Assembly (NCBI GenBank): GCA_045046875.1
Contig: JASFYY010000043.1
Span: forward strand, 1-45,927
DNA from: Verrucomicrobiota bacterium
GTDB taxonomy: Bacteria > Verrucomicrobiota > Verrucomicrobiia > Verrucomicrobiales > DEV007
DNA: 45,927 nt
Direction of reading: 5' to 3'
Below are positions 28,269 to 37,492 of this stretch, piece by piece. The notes under the pieces were generated by a model, which was given only the letters and a program-made list of their open reading frames with translations, searched no databases and was not told the DNA's origin. Within the stretch, counting starts at the first letter, position 1. The number at the start of each line of letters is the position of its first letter. Position numbers and translations under genes: made by a program.

Positions 28269-28604
28269 TTACATTTCGTCGACGAAGTATTCTTCGCCGC
28301 CGAGGATGTCGGGTTCGACGTTCACTCCTGTGGAGCGGATGCCGGCCAGGCGGCGATTGCTGCCGCGACTGCGTGACGGGCTGTTTACGATACGCCGGAT
28401 GTAGTCCACTGCCAGGGGTGCGGTTGAAAGGGCGCCGATGGTCAGCAGAGTGGTGGCCAGACTTTGGCGTGTTTTGCTTTTCATCTTGTCGGCAAGCAAT
28501 AGACCCACCGCACAGCCGATGGCTGCAGGAGCTATAGAGATTGCCGTGCCGAGTAATGCGGCATTCGGGGACAAGGGATCTTCGGGGCGTATTGGATCTG
28601 GCAC
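28269..28604 (-). CDS. Small conserved membrane protein
   Basis: Probable GTG start 28604 (avoids overlap with the divergent gene); two hydrophobic helices. Confidence 0.7.
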   Translation of the reverse strand: MPDPIRPEDPLSPNAALLGTAISIAPAAIGCAVGLLLADKMKSKTRQSLATTLLTIGALSTAPLAVDYIRRIVNSPSRSRGSNRRLAGIRSTGVNVEPDILGGEEYFVDEM

Positions 28605-28683
28605 AGGATCAGCATAGCTCAAAAAAGCCGAAATGACAAATTTGTAACGCTTTATTGGTGAATTGCGTCTATCTTGTTTAATC

Positions 28684-29298
28684 ATGGGTAACCAAAGCCA
28701 AGCCTTGTTTTTGCTGAAAGTCGCAGTGGTGCTCACATTGATTTGGGCTGTGGTCTGGGGGGTGATGAGTGTGTCGGGGGTATTTCGTGAGACCCCGGAA
28801 AAGGTGATCGCTTACATGGAGGCGAATCCGCTGAGTGAAGTTGAGGATGAAAATCAGCGGAGGGAGATCATTTCCGGTTTGGCCGATCGGCTCAATCGCC
28901 TGGACCACATCCAGATTAACGAGTTTCAATCGGATCCGGACAAGGATAGGCGGCGTGATTTTTTCAAAGAAATGAGTGCGGAGGAGCAGCACCTTTTCAT
29001 GGAGCGGCGGATTGGCAAAGCCTTCAACCAGATGATGAACGCTTTTAATGAAATGGAACGCAGTGAGCGCAAGCGTCTGGTGGAGCGCACGTTGAAACGC
29101 ATGCGAGACGATGATGATGAAAGGTTGGGATTGCAGCGTCTGGAGGAGTCTGATCCGGCGGCTACAGAAAAAATCGTTAATGAAGGTTTGCGAGCCTATT
29201 ACCAGAACGCTTCGGCGGAAACCAAATTGGATCTGGCTCCTTTGATGGAGCAAATGCAGCGTAATTTGCAAGCTTTGCGGTATAAAAACGGAAAATGA
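28684..29298 (+). CDS. Hypothetical membrane-anchored helical protein
   Basis: N-terminal TM, charged helical body; stop overlaps the next start. Confidence 0.8.
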   Translation: MGNQSQALFLLKVAVVLTLIWAVVWGVMSVSGVFRETPEKVIAYMEANPLSEVEDENQRREIISGLADRLNRLDHIQINEFQSDPDKDRRRDFFKEMSAEEQHLFMERRIGKAFNQMMNAFNEMERSERKRLVERTLKRMRDDDDERLGLQRLEESDPAATEKIVNEGLRAYYQNASAETKLDLAPLMEQMQRNLQALRYKNGK

Positions 29299-29864
29299 TG
29301 ATGAGGGCAGCAAGAGATTCGGGGAACATAAAAAAATCCAGATCGGTAATGGGATTCACCTTGTTGGAAATGTTAACGGCGCTTGCCATTATCACGATAT
29401 TAGCCGGTTTGGGTATTCCGGGGTATTTGCGGGTCAAACGTCAAGCGCGGGCTCATTTGTGTACAGCCAATTTACGTCATTTGGGTATGGGCTTGAATTT
29501 GTATTTGAGCGAGCACAATTTGATGATGCCCACTTTGGCTCCGGCACGAGATGATAAAAATGACAACAGTTTGCCGACGATTGATACGGAATTATTGAAA
29601 TACGTGGATTCGGATGAGTCCTTTCGTTGTCCCAGTGATCGTGAGGAGCTTTGGGAAAAAAGCGGCTCCAGCTATTTTTGGAATAGTTTGGTGAATGGAC
29701 AAGCGATGGGCAATATGAATTTCATGGGACTGACAAAAAACCAGGCGGGCATTCCTATGATTTCCGACAAGGAGAATTTTCACAAACACATTGGCCATGA
29801 AGTGAATATTCTTTATGCCGATGGCCATGTGGTGTCGGAGTTGCAATTCTCGGTGCTTCCCTGA
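29295..29864 (+). CDS. Prepilin-type N-terminal cleavage/methylation protein with H-X9-DG motif
   Basis: G|FTLLEML, C..NLR.LG, FRCPSD, SY..N, H....VNILYADGHV. Confidence 0.92.
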   Translation: MMMRAARDSGNIKKSRSVMGFTLLEMLTALAIITILAGLGIPGYLRVKRQARAHLCTANLRHLGMGLNLYLSEHNLMMPTLAPARDDKNDNSLPTIDTELLKYVDSDESFRCPSDREELWEKSGSSYFWNSLVNGQAMGNMNFMGLTKNQAGIPMISDKENFHKHIGHEVNILYADGHVVSELQFSVLP

Positions 29865-29885
29865 GTTTATCTTTTATCAGGATAA

Positions 29886-30797
29886 ATGCTGAAGGTATCA
29901 CATCTGAATAAACGTTTTGGACGCAGGGATCAACCTGCGGCTTTGAGTGATCTGAGTTTCACTGTGGAGAAAGGTGAGATCTTCGGCTTGCTCGGTCACA
30001 ATGGAGCGGGCAAGAGCACTGCTTTGGGAATCATGCTGGGCATGGTGTATCCGGATTCGGGTGAGGTTAGTATAGGTGGGGTATCGGTCCAGAGTCGGCG
30101 TGAGCTGGCGATGAGTAAAACGGGGGCGATATTCGAGTCGCCGAACTTTTACGATTACCTCAGTGGGTGGAGGAACTTGCAAGTGCTGACTGCTTTTTCC
30201 GGGGGAGTGACTAAAAAAGAAATGGAAGAAATGGTCGAGTGGGTGGGGCTGAAAGAACGGATTCAGGATAAAGTGCGCACTTACAGTCATGGCATGAGGC
30301 AGCGGCTTGCTTTGGCCCAGGCGCTGCTGCCTCGGCCGGAGATGTTATTGCTCGATGAACCAACGGACGGCTTGGATCCCGACGGCATTGTGGAGTTTCG
30401 CAAACAGTTGTTCTCTTTGCGAGATGATTTCGGGGTAACTATTTTATTAAACTCTCATTTGCTTTCGGAGGTGGAGAAAACCTGCGACCGCATTGTGATC
30501 CTGCGCAAGGGGTGTAAAGTTTACGAGGGCAGCTGCCAGGGATTGGAGCAGGAGACCTTGAATTATCGGATCGAAGTGGATCAATGGCAAGCATTGCAGC
30601 GAGTGGCGGGGCAGTTAGGAGGCCAGCTTCAAGCCGTCGAAGGTTTGCTGCAGTGGCCGCGCGGAAAGGATATCGCGCTCTTGGTGAGTGCCTTGGTTGA
30701 GGAGGGGGTGAAGGTGCGGCAGGTGACTTATTTGCAGCCTTCCCTGGAGGACCTTTATATGAAGGTGAGGCAAAAGCAGGGGGAGGAATCAGGATGA
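29886..30797 (+). CDS. ABC-2 type transporter ATP-binding protein
   Basis: GHNGAGKS, YSHGMRQRL, LLLDEPT, SH. Confidence 0.95.
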   Translation: MLKVSHLNKRFGRRDQPAALSDLSFTVEKGEIFGLLGHNGAGKSTALGIMLGMVYPDSGEVSIGGVSVQSRRELAMSKTGAIFESPNFYDYLSGWRNLQVLTAFSGGVTKKEMEEMVEWVGLKERIQDKVRTYSHGMRQRLALAQALLPRPEMLLLDEPTDGLDPDGIVEFRKQLFSLRDDFGVTILLNSHLLSEVEKTCDRIVILRKGCKVYEGSCQGLEQETLNYRIEVDQWQALQRVAGQLGGQLQAVEGLLQWPRGKDIALLVSALVEEGVKVRQVTYLQPSLEDLYMKVRQKQGEESG

Positions 30798-31651
30798 TGG
30801 AATTCTTTCGTTTATTAAAGTGGGAACTTTTCCGTATGTATGCCCGTCCTCGGACTTACATTGGTTTTGCGGTGTTCCTCCTAGTGGAAGGTTTGGTATT
30901 GTTTTTGTTATCGCGGCCGAGCATTCAGAGGGGCTTGCAAAATTGGATTGAAAATGTCGCAGGAGGCTTTGACCATTTTTTCTCGGGCCTGACTCTGGCT
31001 TTCATTTTAGTGGGGGGAACGGTGTTTCTTTTGGGCGCTCCTTTTTTGTCGTTGGTATCGGGCGATATTGTGGCCAAAGAAAGTGAGGACGGTAATTTGC
31101 GCTTGTTACTGGCGCGGCCGGTATCTCGTTTGCGTTTGCTGATGGTCAAGTATGTGGCCTGCCAGATTTATGCCTTGAGTTTGTTCCTTTTTATATCGAG
31201 CAGTGCTTTGCTGGTGGGCATCATTGAGCGCGGCTGGGGAGGGGGCTATGTGGTGATGACTCCGGAAATGCCGCACGCTTCGATTTTTGAATGGGGTGAG
31301 GGTTTGGGGAGGTTTTATTTGATGCCCTTGTTTTTGGTTGTTTCTTATCTGCCGTTGACTAGTTTTGCTTTTATGTTGTCCTGTATGCGGATCAAACCAG
31401 CGGCGGCGACGATCACCACCTTGGCGGTGGTGATGGCGGATTTTGTTTTGGCAAATTTCCCTTTGTTTCCTCTGTTCAAAGAATACCGCGATTGGTTTGT
31501 GACCCCACGTATGCAGATGTGGGTGTATTCCCAGTATCAGGATATCCCCTGGCCAAAGGTGGTCGAGAATTGGGCGTGGTTGGTTGGCATCGGCTTGACG
31601 GGTTTTGTTCTCGGGTGGATGAGTTTCGAAAGAAGAGATATCAAGTCGTGA
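30794..31651 (+). CDS. ABC-2 type transporter permease
   Basis: ~6 TM; GDIVAKE.E.G.LRLLL.RP.SR..L...K; ends FERRDI. Confidence 0.92.
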   Translation: MMEFFRLLKWELFRMYARPRTYIGFAVFLLVEGLVLFLLSRPSIQRGLQNWIENVAGGFDHFFSGLTLAFILVGGTVFLLGAPFLSLVSGDIVAKESEDGNLRLLLARPVSRLRLLMVKYVACQIYALSLFLFISSSALLVGIIERGWGGGYVVMTPEMPHASIFEWGEGLGRFYLMPLFLVVSYLPLTSFAFMLSCMRIKPAAATITTLAVVMADFVLANFPLFPLFKEYRDWFVTPRMQMWVYSQYQDIPWPKVVENWAWLVGIGLTGFVLGWMSFERRDIKS

Positions 31652-32508
31652 TAGAGTTACAAAAAATTGAACAAGTGCAGGACTGGATTCAGCAAGAAAT
31701 AAGGGCTGGGATTGAGAGGGTGCTGGTGCCAACGATGGGGGGACTGCATGAGGGGCATTTGAGTCTCATTGATATAGCCCGGCAGCGGGCGGGGGAGAGC
31801 GGGAGGGTGGTGGTCAGTTTGTTTGTGAACCCGACTCAGTTTGGCCCTGATGAGGATTTGCAGGCCTACCCAAAAACGATGCAGCGGGATCGGGAGCTGT
31901 GCAAAGAGCGTGGGGTGGATTTGTTGTTCGCTCCGGCAGTGAATGAGATGTATGCGGAGGATGCCTCGGTGAAGGTGGCGGAAGAGATTTTGTCTGCGGG
32001 GTTGTGCGGTCAAAGTCGTCCGGTTCACTTTGGTGGGGTTTGCACGATTGTTACTAAGTTGTTTAATTTGTTCCAACCACATGCAGCGGTTTTTGGAGAA
32101 AAAGATTTTCAACAACTGGCGATTATTCGTCGTCTGGTGCGTGATTTGAATTACCCGGTAGACATCATGGGTGGTGCTATTGTCAGGGAGGCTGACGGGG
32201 TAGCGATGAGCACGCGCAATAAAAACCTAAGTCCGTCTGCCCGCCAACAGGCGGTGGTTTTGAATAAGGCTTTGTTTGCTGCCAAGGGGTATTTGGATGA
32301 GGGCGGGCGTTGTTTGAGCGAGATCCGAGCATTGATGGAGGACGTTATTTCTGGTTTTCCTCTAGCGCGATTGGATTACCTGGAAATGGTCGATCCGGGA
32401 ACCCTGCAGGCTTTGGACCAAGCTGGCGAAAGGCTGTTGATCGCTTTAGCGGTGTATTTTGATAATACGCGTTTGATTGACAATCTTCACTGGAGGGAAG
32501 AGGGGTGA
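31648..32508 (+). CDS. panC: Pantoate--beta-alanine ligase
   Basis: VPTMGGLHEGH, FVNPTQF, FGEKDFQQ, RLIDN; GTG start overlaps the permease stop. Confidence 0.97.
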   Translation: MIELQKIEQVQDWIQQEIRAGIERVLVPTMGGLHEGHLSLIDIARQRAGESGRVVVSLFVNPTQFGPDEDLQAYPKTMQRDRELCKERGVDLLFAPAVNEMYAEDASVKVAEEILSAGLCGQSRPVHFGGVCTIVTKLFNLFQPHAAVFGEKDFQQLAIIRRLVRDLNYPVDIMGGAIVREADGVAMSTRNKNLSPSARQQAVVLNKALFAAKGYLDEGGRCLSEIRALMEDVISGFPLARLDYLEMVDPGTLQALDQAGERLLIALAVYFDNTRLIDNLHWREEG

Positions 32509-32542
32509 TGGTTTTGAAAGAACAGCGCAGAGGAAAAAAGGG

Positions 32543-34132
32543 ATGAAAACTTATGATTTTATTGTCGTGGGAAGTGGCATTGCCGGCTTGAGTTTTGCCC
32601 TGCGCGCTGCGCAGAAAGGCCGGGTTGCGATTGTGACGAAGAAGGATCGCGGGGACAGCAATACCGCAAAAGCCCAGGGGGGCATTGCTTGTGTTGAGAG
32701 TGCTGAGGATTCTTTTGACTTGCATGTGAAGGATACACTGATCGCGGGAGCTGGTTTGTGTAACGAAGAGGTGGTGCGAACCATCGTCAGTGAAGCGCCG
32801 CAGGCGATTGCCGATCTGGTGGACCTGGGGGTTTGTTTTGATCGTGACGAGGCTAGCGGGGATTTTTCACTGGGTATGGAGGGCGGGCATTCACAGCGCC
32901 GTATTCTGCATTCCAAAGATACCACGGGTTTGGAAATCGAAACCCAATTGCTTGAAGCGGTTGCGGCTAACGAAAATATCGAAGTTCTGGAACATCATTT
33001 TGCTATCGACCTGATCACGACCCGGCGCTTGGGTTTTGCCTCGCCTCCGCGCTGTTTGGGGTTGTATGTTTTGGATGAGGAAAAAAACACCGTGGTGACA
33101 CTGCGCTCAGATCGCATTGTGATGTGCACGGGCGGCTGTGGACGTGTTTATCTTTACACCACTAATCCCAAAGTGGCGACCGGCGATGGAGTGGCGATGG
33201 CTTGGCGGGCCGGGGCAAAAATCGCTAACATGGAATTTATCCAGTTTCATCCGACTTGTTTGTATCACCCTGAGGTGAAGTCTTTTCTGATCTCCGAAGC
33301 AGTGCGCGGTGAGGGCGGGGTGTTAGTGGGTCAGGATGGCAAAGAGTTCATGCATCGTTACGATGAACGTAAGTCACTAGCTCCACGGGATATCGTGGCG
33401 CGGGCGATTGACCGCGAGATCAAGGTGACCGGAGCGGCTTGTGTATTTTTGGATATCACGCATAAAAAAAAGGGTTTTGTGAAAGATCGTTTTCCACACA
33501 TTTACAACACTTGTCTGGCGCTGGGTATTGATGCCGAAACGGATCCGATTCCAGTGGTGCCGGCGGCTCATTATCAATGTGGAGGGGTGCAAGTGGACGT
33601 GAACGGAGCCTCAAGTCTGTCCGGGTTGTGGGCGGTGGGTGAAGTAGCCTGCACTGGGCTGCACGGCGCCAATCGTCTGGCCAGTAATTCTTTGTTAGAG
33701 GGAGCGGTGGTGGCGCAACGAGCAGTGGGCAATGTATTGGAAAAACTTTCGGTGGGTCAAACTGAGACGTTTGACCTGCCCGAGTGGACGCTGGGCAATG
33801 TGACGGACGTGGACGAGTTGGTGGTGATTTATCACAACTGGGACGAAATCAGGCGTTTGATGTGGGATTATGTCAGCATCGTGCGTACCGGCAAGCGTTT
33901 GCAGCGGGCGGCGACGCGCCTGCAGAATTTGAGCCGGGAAGTTCAGGAGTTTTACTGGAATTTTAAAGTGACCTCTGAATTGTTGGAGTTGCGTAATTTG
34001 GTGCAAGTGGCGACTTTGATTGTGGATAATGCCGCACAACGCACGGAAAGCCGGGGTTTGCACTACACGCTGGACTATCCGGAAAGGGATGACAAAAACT
34101 GGCGCAGGGATACCGTTTTCAGTCGCGTTTGA
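32543..34132 (+). CDS. nadB: L-aspartate oxidase
   Basis: GSGIAGL, AQGGIA, EGGHS.RRILH, QFHPT, GLHGANRLASNSLLE, ESRGLH; start at MKTYDF. Confidence 0.96.
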   Translation: MKTYDFIVVGSGIAGLSFALRAAQKGRVAIVTKKDRGDSNTAKAQGGIACVESAEDSFDLHVKDTLIAGAGLCNEEVVRTIVSEAPQAIADLVDLGVCFDRDEASGDFSLGMEGGHSQRRILHSKDTTGLEIETQLLEAVAANENIEVLEHHFAIDLITTRRLGFASPPRCLGLYVLDEEKNTVVTLRSDRIVMCTGGCGRVYLYTTNPKVATGDGVAMAWRAGAKIANMEFIQFHPTCLYHPEVKSFLISEAVRGEGGVLVGQDGKEFMHRYDERKSLAPRDIVARAIDREIKVTGAACVFLDITHKKKGFVKDRFPHIYNTCLALGIDAETDPIPVVPAAHYQCGGVQVDVNGASSLSGLWAVGEVACTGLHGANRLASNSLLEGAVVAQRAVGNVLEKLSVGQTETFDLPEWTLGNVTDVDELVVIYHNWDEIRRLMWDYVSIVRTGKRLQRAATRLQNLSREVQEFYWNFKVTSELLELRNLVQVATLIVDNAAQRTESRGLHYTLDYPERDDKNWRRDTVFSRV

Positions 34133-34219
34133 ATCAATTTGGATCTATATTCGAGGTTCGTTTGCGAAATTTCAGAGGAAATTTTACTGCTAATTAGGAG
34201 AATGACCGTCCGGAATACA

Positions 34220-35206
34220 ATGTCTGAATGTCTGCGAGCTGCCGTATTGACGATGCTGTCATTGGGCCTGGTTGCGCTAATTGGGCAGGGGCTTTGCCAG
34301 AATATATCTTCAGGGGTGCGACCGGTCAGCTCGTCCAAATACAGCGTTCCCCGCTCAACGTCGATTAAAGGTGGCGCTTCCGCTGTATTGCCAGCCAATC
34401 GTTCGGCCAGACTGCGGCAGGGATTGCCGGGCACCTTGCCTCATCCGACTAATGCATACGCGGTTTCGACTTTGCCACGGGTTTTTGCTCCCACCCGGCC
34501 GCGTACGACTTACACTCGTTACCCATGGAAACGTCAGATTGTGACCACAGTGTTCTGGATTGGCGAGGAGCCGACGGCAAAAAATCCGACGCCCAACCAC
34601 ATGAGCGCCTGGGATCGAAATTGGGCGAAAAACTTCGGTGGATTTGATGATCCCAATCCGGGGGCGAGAGCCTGGGACTTTCGTCCAAAAGCTTTTGTGC
34701 CGGGTTTGAACCCTTTTTACATTGCGTTGCCTTATACCGATATTCGCTCAGGGGCGACTGGAACCAAAGTGGAAGCGCCGCATGTGATTCCGTGGTTCAA
34801 AAAAAAATACCAGCAAGCGGGGCACACTGTGTTGAAAGGTCGTTGGTTAGCCATTCAAAAAGGAGGGAGGGTTTGTTTTGCGCAATGGGAGGATGTAGGC
34901 CCTTTTGTGACCAATGATTATTCTTATGTGTTTGGTAATTCGCGGCCAAAAGCGACAGGCAATGGGGGGGCGGGTTTGGATGTGTCGCCTGCAGTGAGGG
35001 ATTTTCTGATGTTGCGCAGTGGTGAGCGTTGCGACTGGCGTTTTGTTGATGTGAACGAGGTGCCGCAGGGACCGTGGCGCAAGTATGGCCAAAATAATGA
35101 CTTCACTCACCTGGAAGGGAAGTTGAAACCCCAGGAAGATGAGCGACTGGCCAAGTTGCGTGAAATGCGGGATGCTTACATTCGCAATATGCCGCTGCCG
35201 CATTAG
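34220..35206 (+). CDS. Secreted conserved protein, probable double-psi beta-barrel (RlpA-like) fold
   Basis: Signal-like leader (start uncertain, 34202-34253); PFYIALPY, QWEDVGPF, GLDVSPAV. Confidence 0.7.
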   Translation: MSECLRAAVLTMLSLGLVALIGQGLCQNISSGVRPVSSSKYSVPRSTSIKGGASAVLPANRSARLRQGLPGTLPHPTNAYAVSTLPRVFAPTRPRTTYTRYPWKRQIVTTVFWIGEEPTAKNPTPNHMSAWDRNWAKNFGGFDDPNPGARAWDFRPKAFVPGLNPFYIALPYTDIRSGATGTKVEAPHVIPWFKKKYQQAGHTVLKGRWLAIQKGGRVCFAQWEDVGPFVTNDYSYVFGNSRPKATGNGGAGLDVSPAVRDFLMLRSGERCDWRFVDVNEVPQGPWRKYGQNNDFTHLEGKLKPQEDERLAKLREMRDAYIRNMPLPH

Positions 35207-35434
35207 TCGGGTGGGCAAAGAGAGCTTGGTTCTATTCAGGGCCAGAGTGGGGTTTTGATAAGCAGGATTTGCCAGCGTGCAAAGTCTAACTGTGGATGGG
35301 TCAAAGTGATTACAAATTAGGCTGTGAGTTATAATGGCCGCAGGGGAGATGTTCTGGGATAAATATACATGGCAGAACTGATAACAAACAAGCTCCCGGA
35401 AAAACTGCCAATAGGGAGTCAACCCATAAAAAAC

Positions 35435-36385
35435 ATGAAAAAATCATTAAAACTAGGAATGACGGTGGTGGCTGCGGCCTCATTTGTGTCCTGCGGAAAA
35501 TTAGTTGATGTTCCACCTGCTCACGTTGGTAAGATCAAATTGGCAAGTGGTATTCAAGAGGAACTGAAATACCCATCAACTTTCCGTCTGCCACCGGCCT
35601 TGACGGTACGCAACGAACTGATTCTTGTCGAAACGAGTCACTTTGCTATCAATGAAGATATCAAGTTATTCATGCCGCAGGATAAACTCAATTTGAGTTT
35701 TGACGTTCGTGGTACGCTGTTTATCAGTCCTGACCAGTCAGCGGAAATTTTTGAAAAGCTAACCGCAAGAAGGGTAGGGAACAATAGCCGCGTTTCGTTG
35801 ATCGCTGCCAATGATGTGTATGAAATCTACGGTAAACAGTTGGTTCGTTCGAAGGTGCGCAGCATCATGAGTGAATATACAATCGAGGACGTGATGAACA
35901 AACGTAGCGAAATCAATGACCAATTGGCCAAAGAAATCTCAGATTTGTTCAAAGCGAAAAAATACCCTTTGGGTGTGATTCAATTCGGTTTGGCTGATAT
36001 CCAATACCCAGAAGTGATCGTCAAAGCACAGGAGTTAGCTAAAGAAAGGGAAGTGGCGATCGCCACAGCTGAAGCGCAGAAGATGGTATCACTCAAGGAA
36101 GCTGAAGCCGCCTTGGAAGTGGCCAAAAAACAACAGGAGATCGACTTGATCGAAGCAGAGACCCAGGTCTTGGTGGAAAACAAGATGAGTGAAGCTGTCA
36201 GTGAGGCTTTTGTGACCCAGCGAGCCTTGAAGATTCTGGATAAGATGGCGGACAATCCTAGCAAGACTTTTGTTTTGCCAATGGAGGCCTTCCAAAAGCC
36301 GGAAATGTTGATGGGGGTTTATAACAACATGTTTAATGCGGGTCGGGTATCGCTGGATACTTCGGCTTCATCGGACAGCAACTGA
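35435..36385 (+). CDS. SPFH/band-7 domain lipoprotein
   Basis: Lipobox FVSC, VPPAHVGKI, VRS..SEYTIE...KRSEI, LADIQYPE.I, Ala/Glu coiled coil. Confidence 0.88.
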   Translation: MKKSLKLGMTVVAAASFVSCGKLVDVPPAHVGKIKLASGIQEELKYPSTFRLPPALTVRNELILVETSHFAINEDIKLFMPQDKLNLSFDVRGTLFISPDQSAEIFEKLTARRVGNNSRVSLIAANDVYEIYGKQLVRSKVRSIMSEYTIEDVMNKRSEINDQLAKEISDLFKAKKYPLGVIQFGLADIQYPEVIVKAQELAKEREVAIATAEAQKMVSLKEAEAALEVAKKQQEIDLIEAETQVLVENKMSEAVSEAFVTQRALKILDKMADNPSKTFVLPMEAFQKPEMLMGVYNNMFNAGRVSLDTSASSDSN

Positions 36386-36398
36386 AAGGTGAGATAGA

Positions 36399-36758
36399 AT
36401 GAGCCAGTTTATCATACTGTTCTGCCTAGTCCTCGTGGCCGCCTTGACGGCGGCCACTTGGAAAGCGGCATTAAAAAACCCGAGAGCCTATGCCTCGATT
36501 TACGCCTTGTTAGTGGTGGTAGCTTGTGCTGGTGGCTGGTTTGTTATGGACGAACAAGCGGAAACGGCTCCTCGGCATAAGCGAGGGGAAGCTGTTGAGA
36601 AAGCGTCATTGATCTTGATTGGCAACCCTAACAGTGAGGTGGAGCACAGCTCATATCAGAGCGTGGCAAAAAAAGGTGCGGTGGCGGTTGAGAGGAACCG
36701 TGCAGAGAATCAAGCGGCTAAGGAGAGATTCAGTTCTCTGCCGGCGGTAAAAAAATAG
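36399..36758 (+). CDS. Small 2-TM protein, partner of the SPFH gene
   Basis: 13 bp after the SPFH stop, AAAGGTGAG upstream. Confidence 0.75.
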   Translation: MSQFIILFCLVLVAALTAATWKAALKNPRAYASIYALLVVVACAGGWFVMDEQAETAPRHKRGEAVEKASLILIGNPNSEVEHSSYQSVAKKGAVAVERNRAENQAAKERFSSLPAVKK

Positions 36759-36805
36759 AAACGGTAATAGTCACACGATACGGCAATTTTTTAACTGAGG
36801 GATAT

Positions 36806-36834
36806 AACCACTGATGGCACTGATGAACACTGAT
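36806..36834 (+). repeat. CACTGAT triplet tract (9-10 nt period)
   Basis: AACCACTGAT GGCACTGAT GAACACTGAT. Confidence 0.7.
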
Positions 36835-36911
36835 TTGTATGGTTTGCTTAAATTATGGGGAGTGCGTTTTGACAATCACAGGTGTAAGGCGAAATAGTTG
36901 AATGGTTGGCA

Positions 36912-37203
36912 GCAATGCGTTACGCCCTTTGCAGGGCTGGAAGAATTGGGTTTTTCACCCAGCGCTTCGCACTGGGCTATCTCATTGAGCACCGTTGGTG
37001 CAAAAGAGATGAAAGCAAACTGTCCTGTAAGGACAAAATGTGATGGCGCAGTGCTGAGCGTTGGGGTTAAATCGGTTTTATTACCAGCTTTGAGCCGCTG
37101 CGTAGCGGCACCGAAACGAAGCGGAGATCATCGGAGGCAACGGGCGAAATGATGTTGATGGGTGACCAGGTGGATTTCAATAGCCGATGGCTAACCTTTT
37201 TAT
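36912..37203. repeat. Composite REP/REPIN-like element, copy 2 (inverted relative to copy 1)
   Basis: Aligns to the reverse complement of 3907-4191; lacks the 39-bp duplication and carries a ~45-bp insert. Confidence 0.9.
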
Positions 37204-37238
37204 TCTGACTCAGAAGCCGCTCAGTTTGAAAGGAAAGA

Positions 37239-37268
37239 TTGACTCATGTGGCCGGGCATTGTTAGGAT
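37239..37268 (+). promoter_or_regulatory. Putative sigma70 promoter
   Basis: TTGACT-N18-TAGGAT with a TG extended -10. Confidence 0.55.
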
Positions 37269-37303
37269 CGCTGCGAACTTGTCATTAACGCAAAATAGAA
37301 AAA

Positions 37304-37462
37304 ATGAATAAAGTATTACTCATCGTGCTCGCTATATTTCTCCCGCCGGTAGCCGTTTTGTTGAAAAACGGGGTGGGTAAGGATTTGATCATCAATATTG
37401 TGTTGTGTCTGGTGCTTTTTTTTCCCGGCATGATTCACGCATTGTGGTTGGTGACCAAATAG
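37304..37462 (+). CDS. YqaE/Pmp3-family small membrane protein (52 aa, absent from ORF track)
   Basis: MNKVLLIVLAIFLPPVAVLLKNGVGKDLIINIVLCLVLFFPGMIHALWLVTK. Confidence 0.93.
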   Translation: MNKVLLIVLAIFLPPVAVLLKNGVGKDLIINIVLCLVLFFPGMIHALWLVTK

Positions 37463-37492
37463 AGGGGTGGGGATTTTTGGTAAGAGTGACCC

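Noticed and set aside
28678..29313. 211-aa antisense ORF
   Set aside because: Mirror of the plus-strand gene, which is coupled into the operon.
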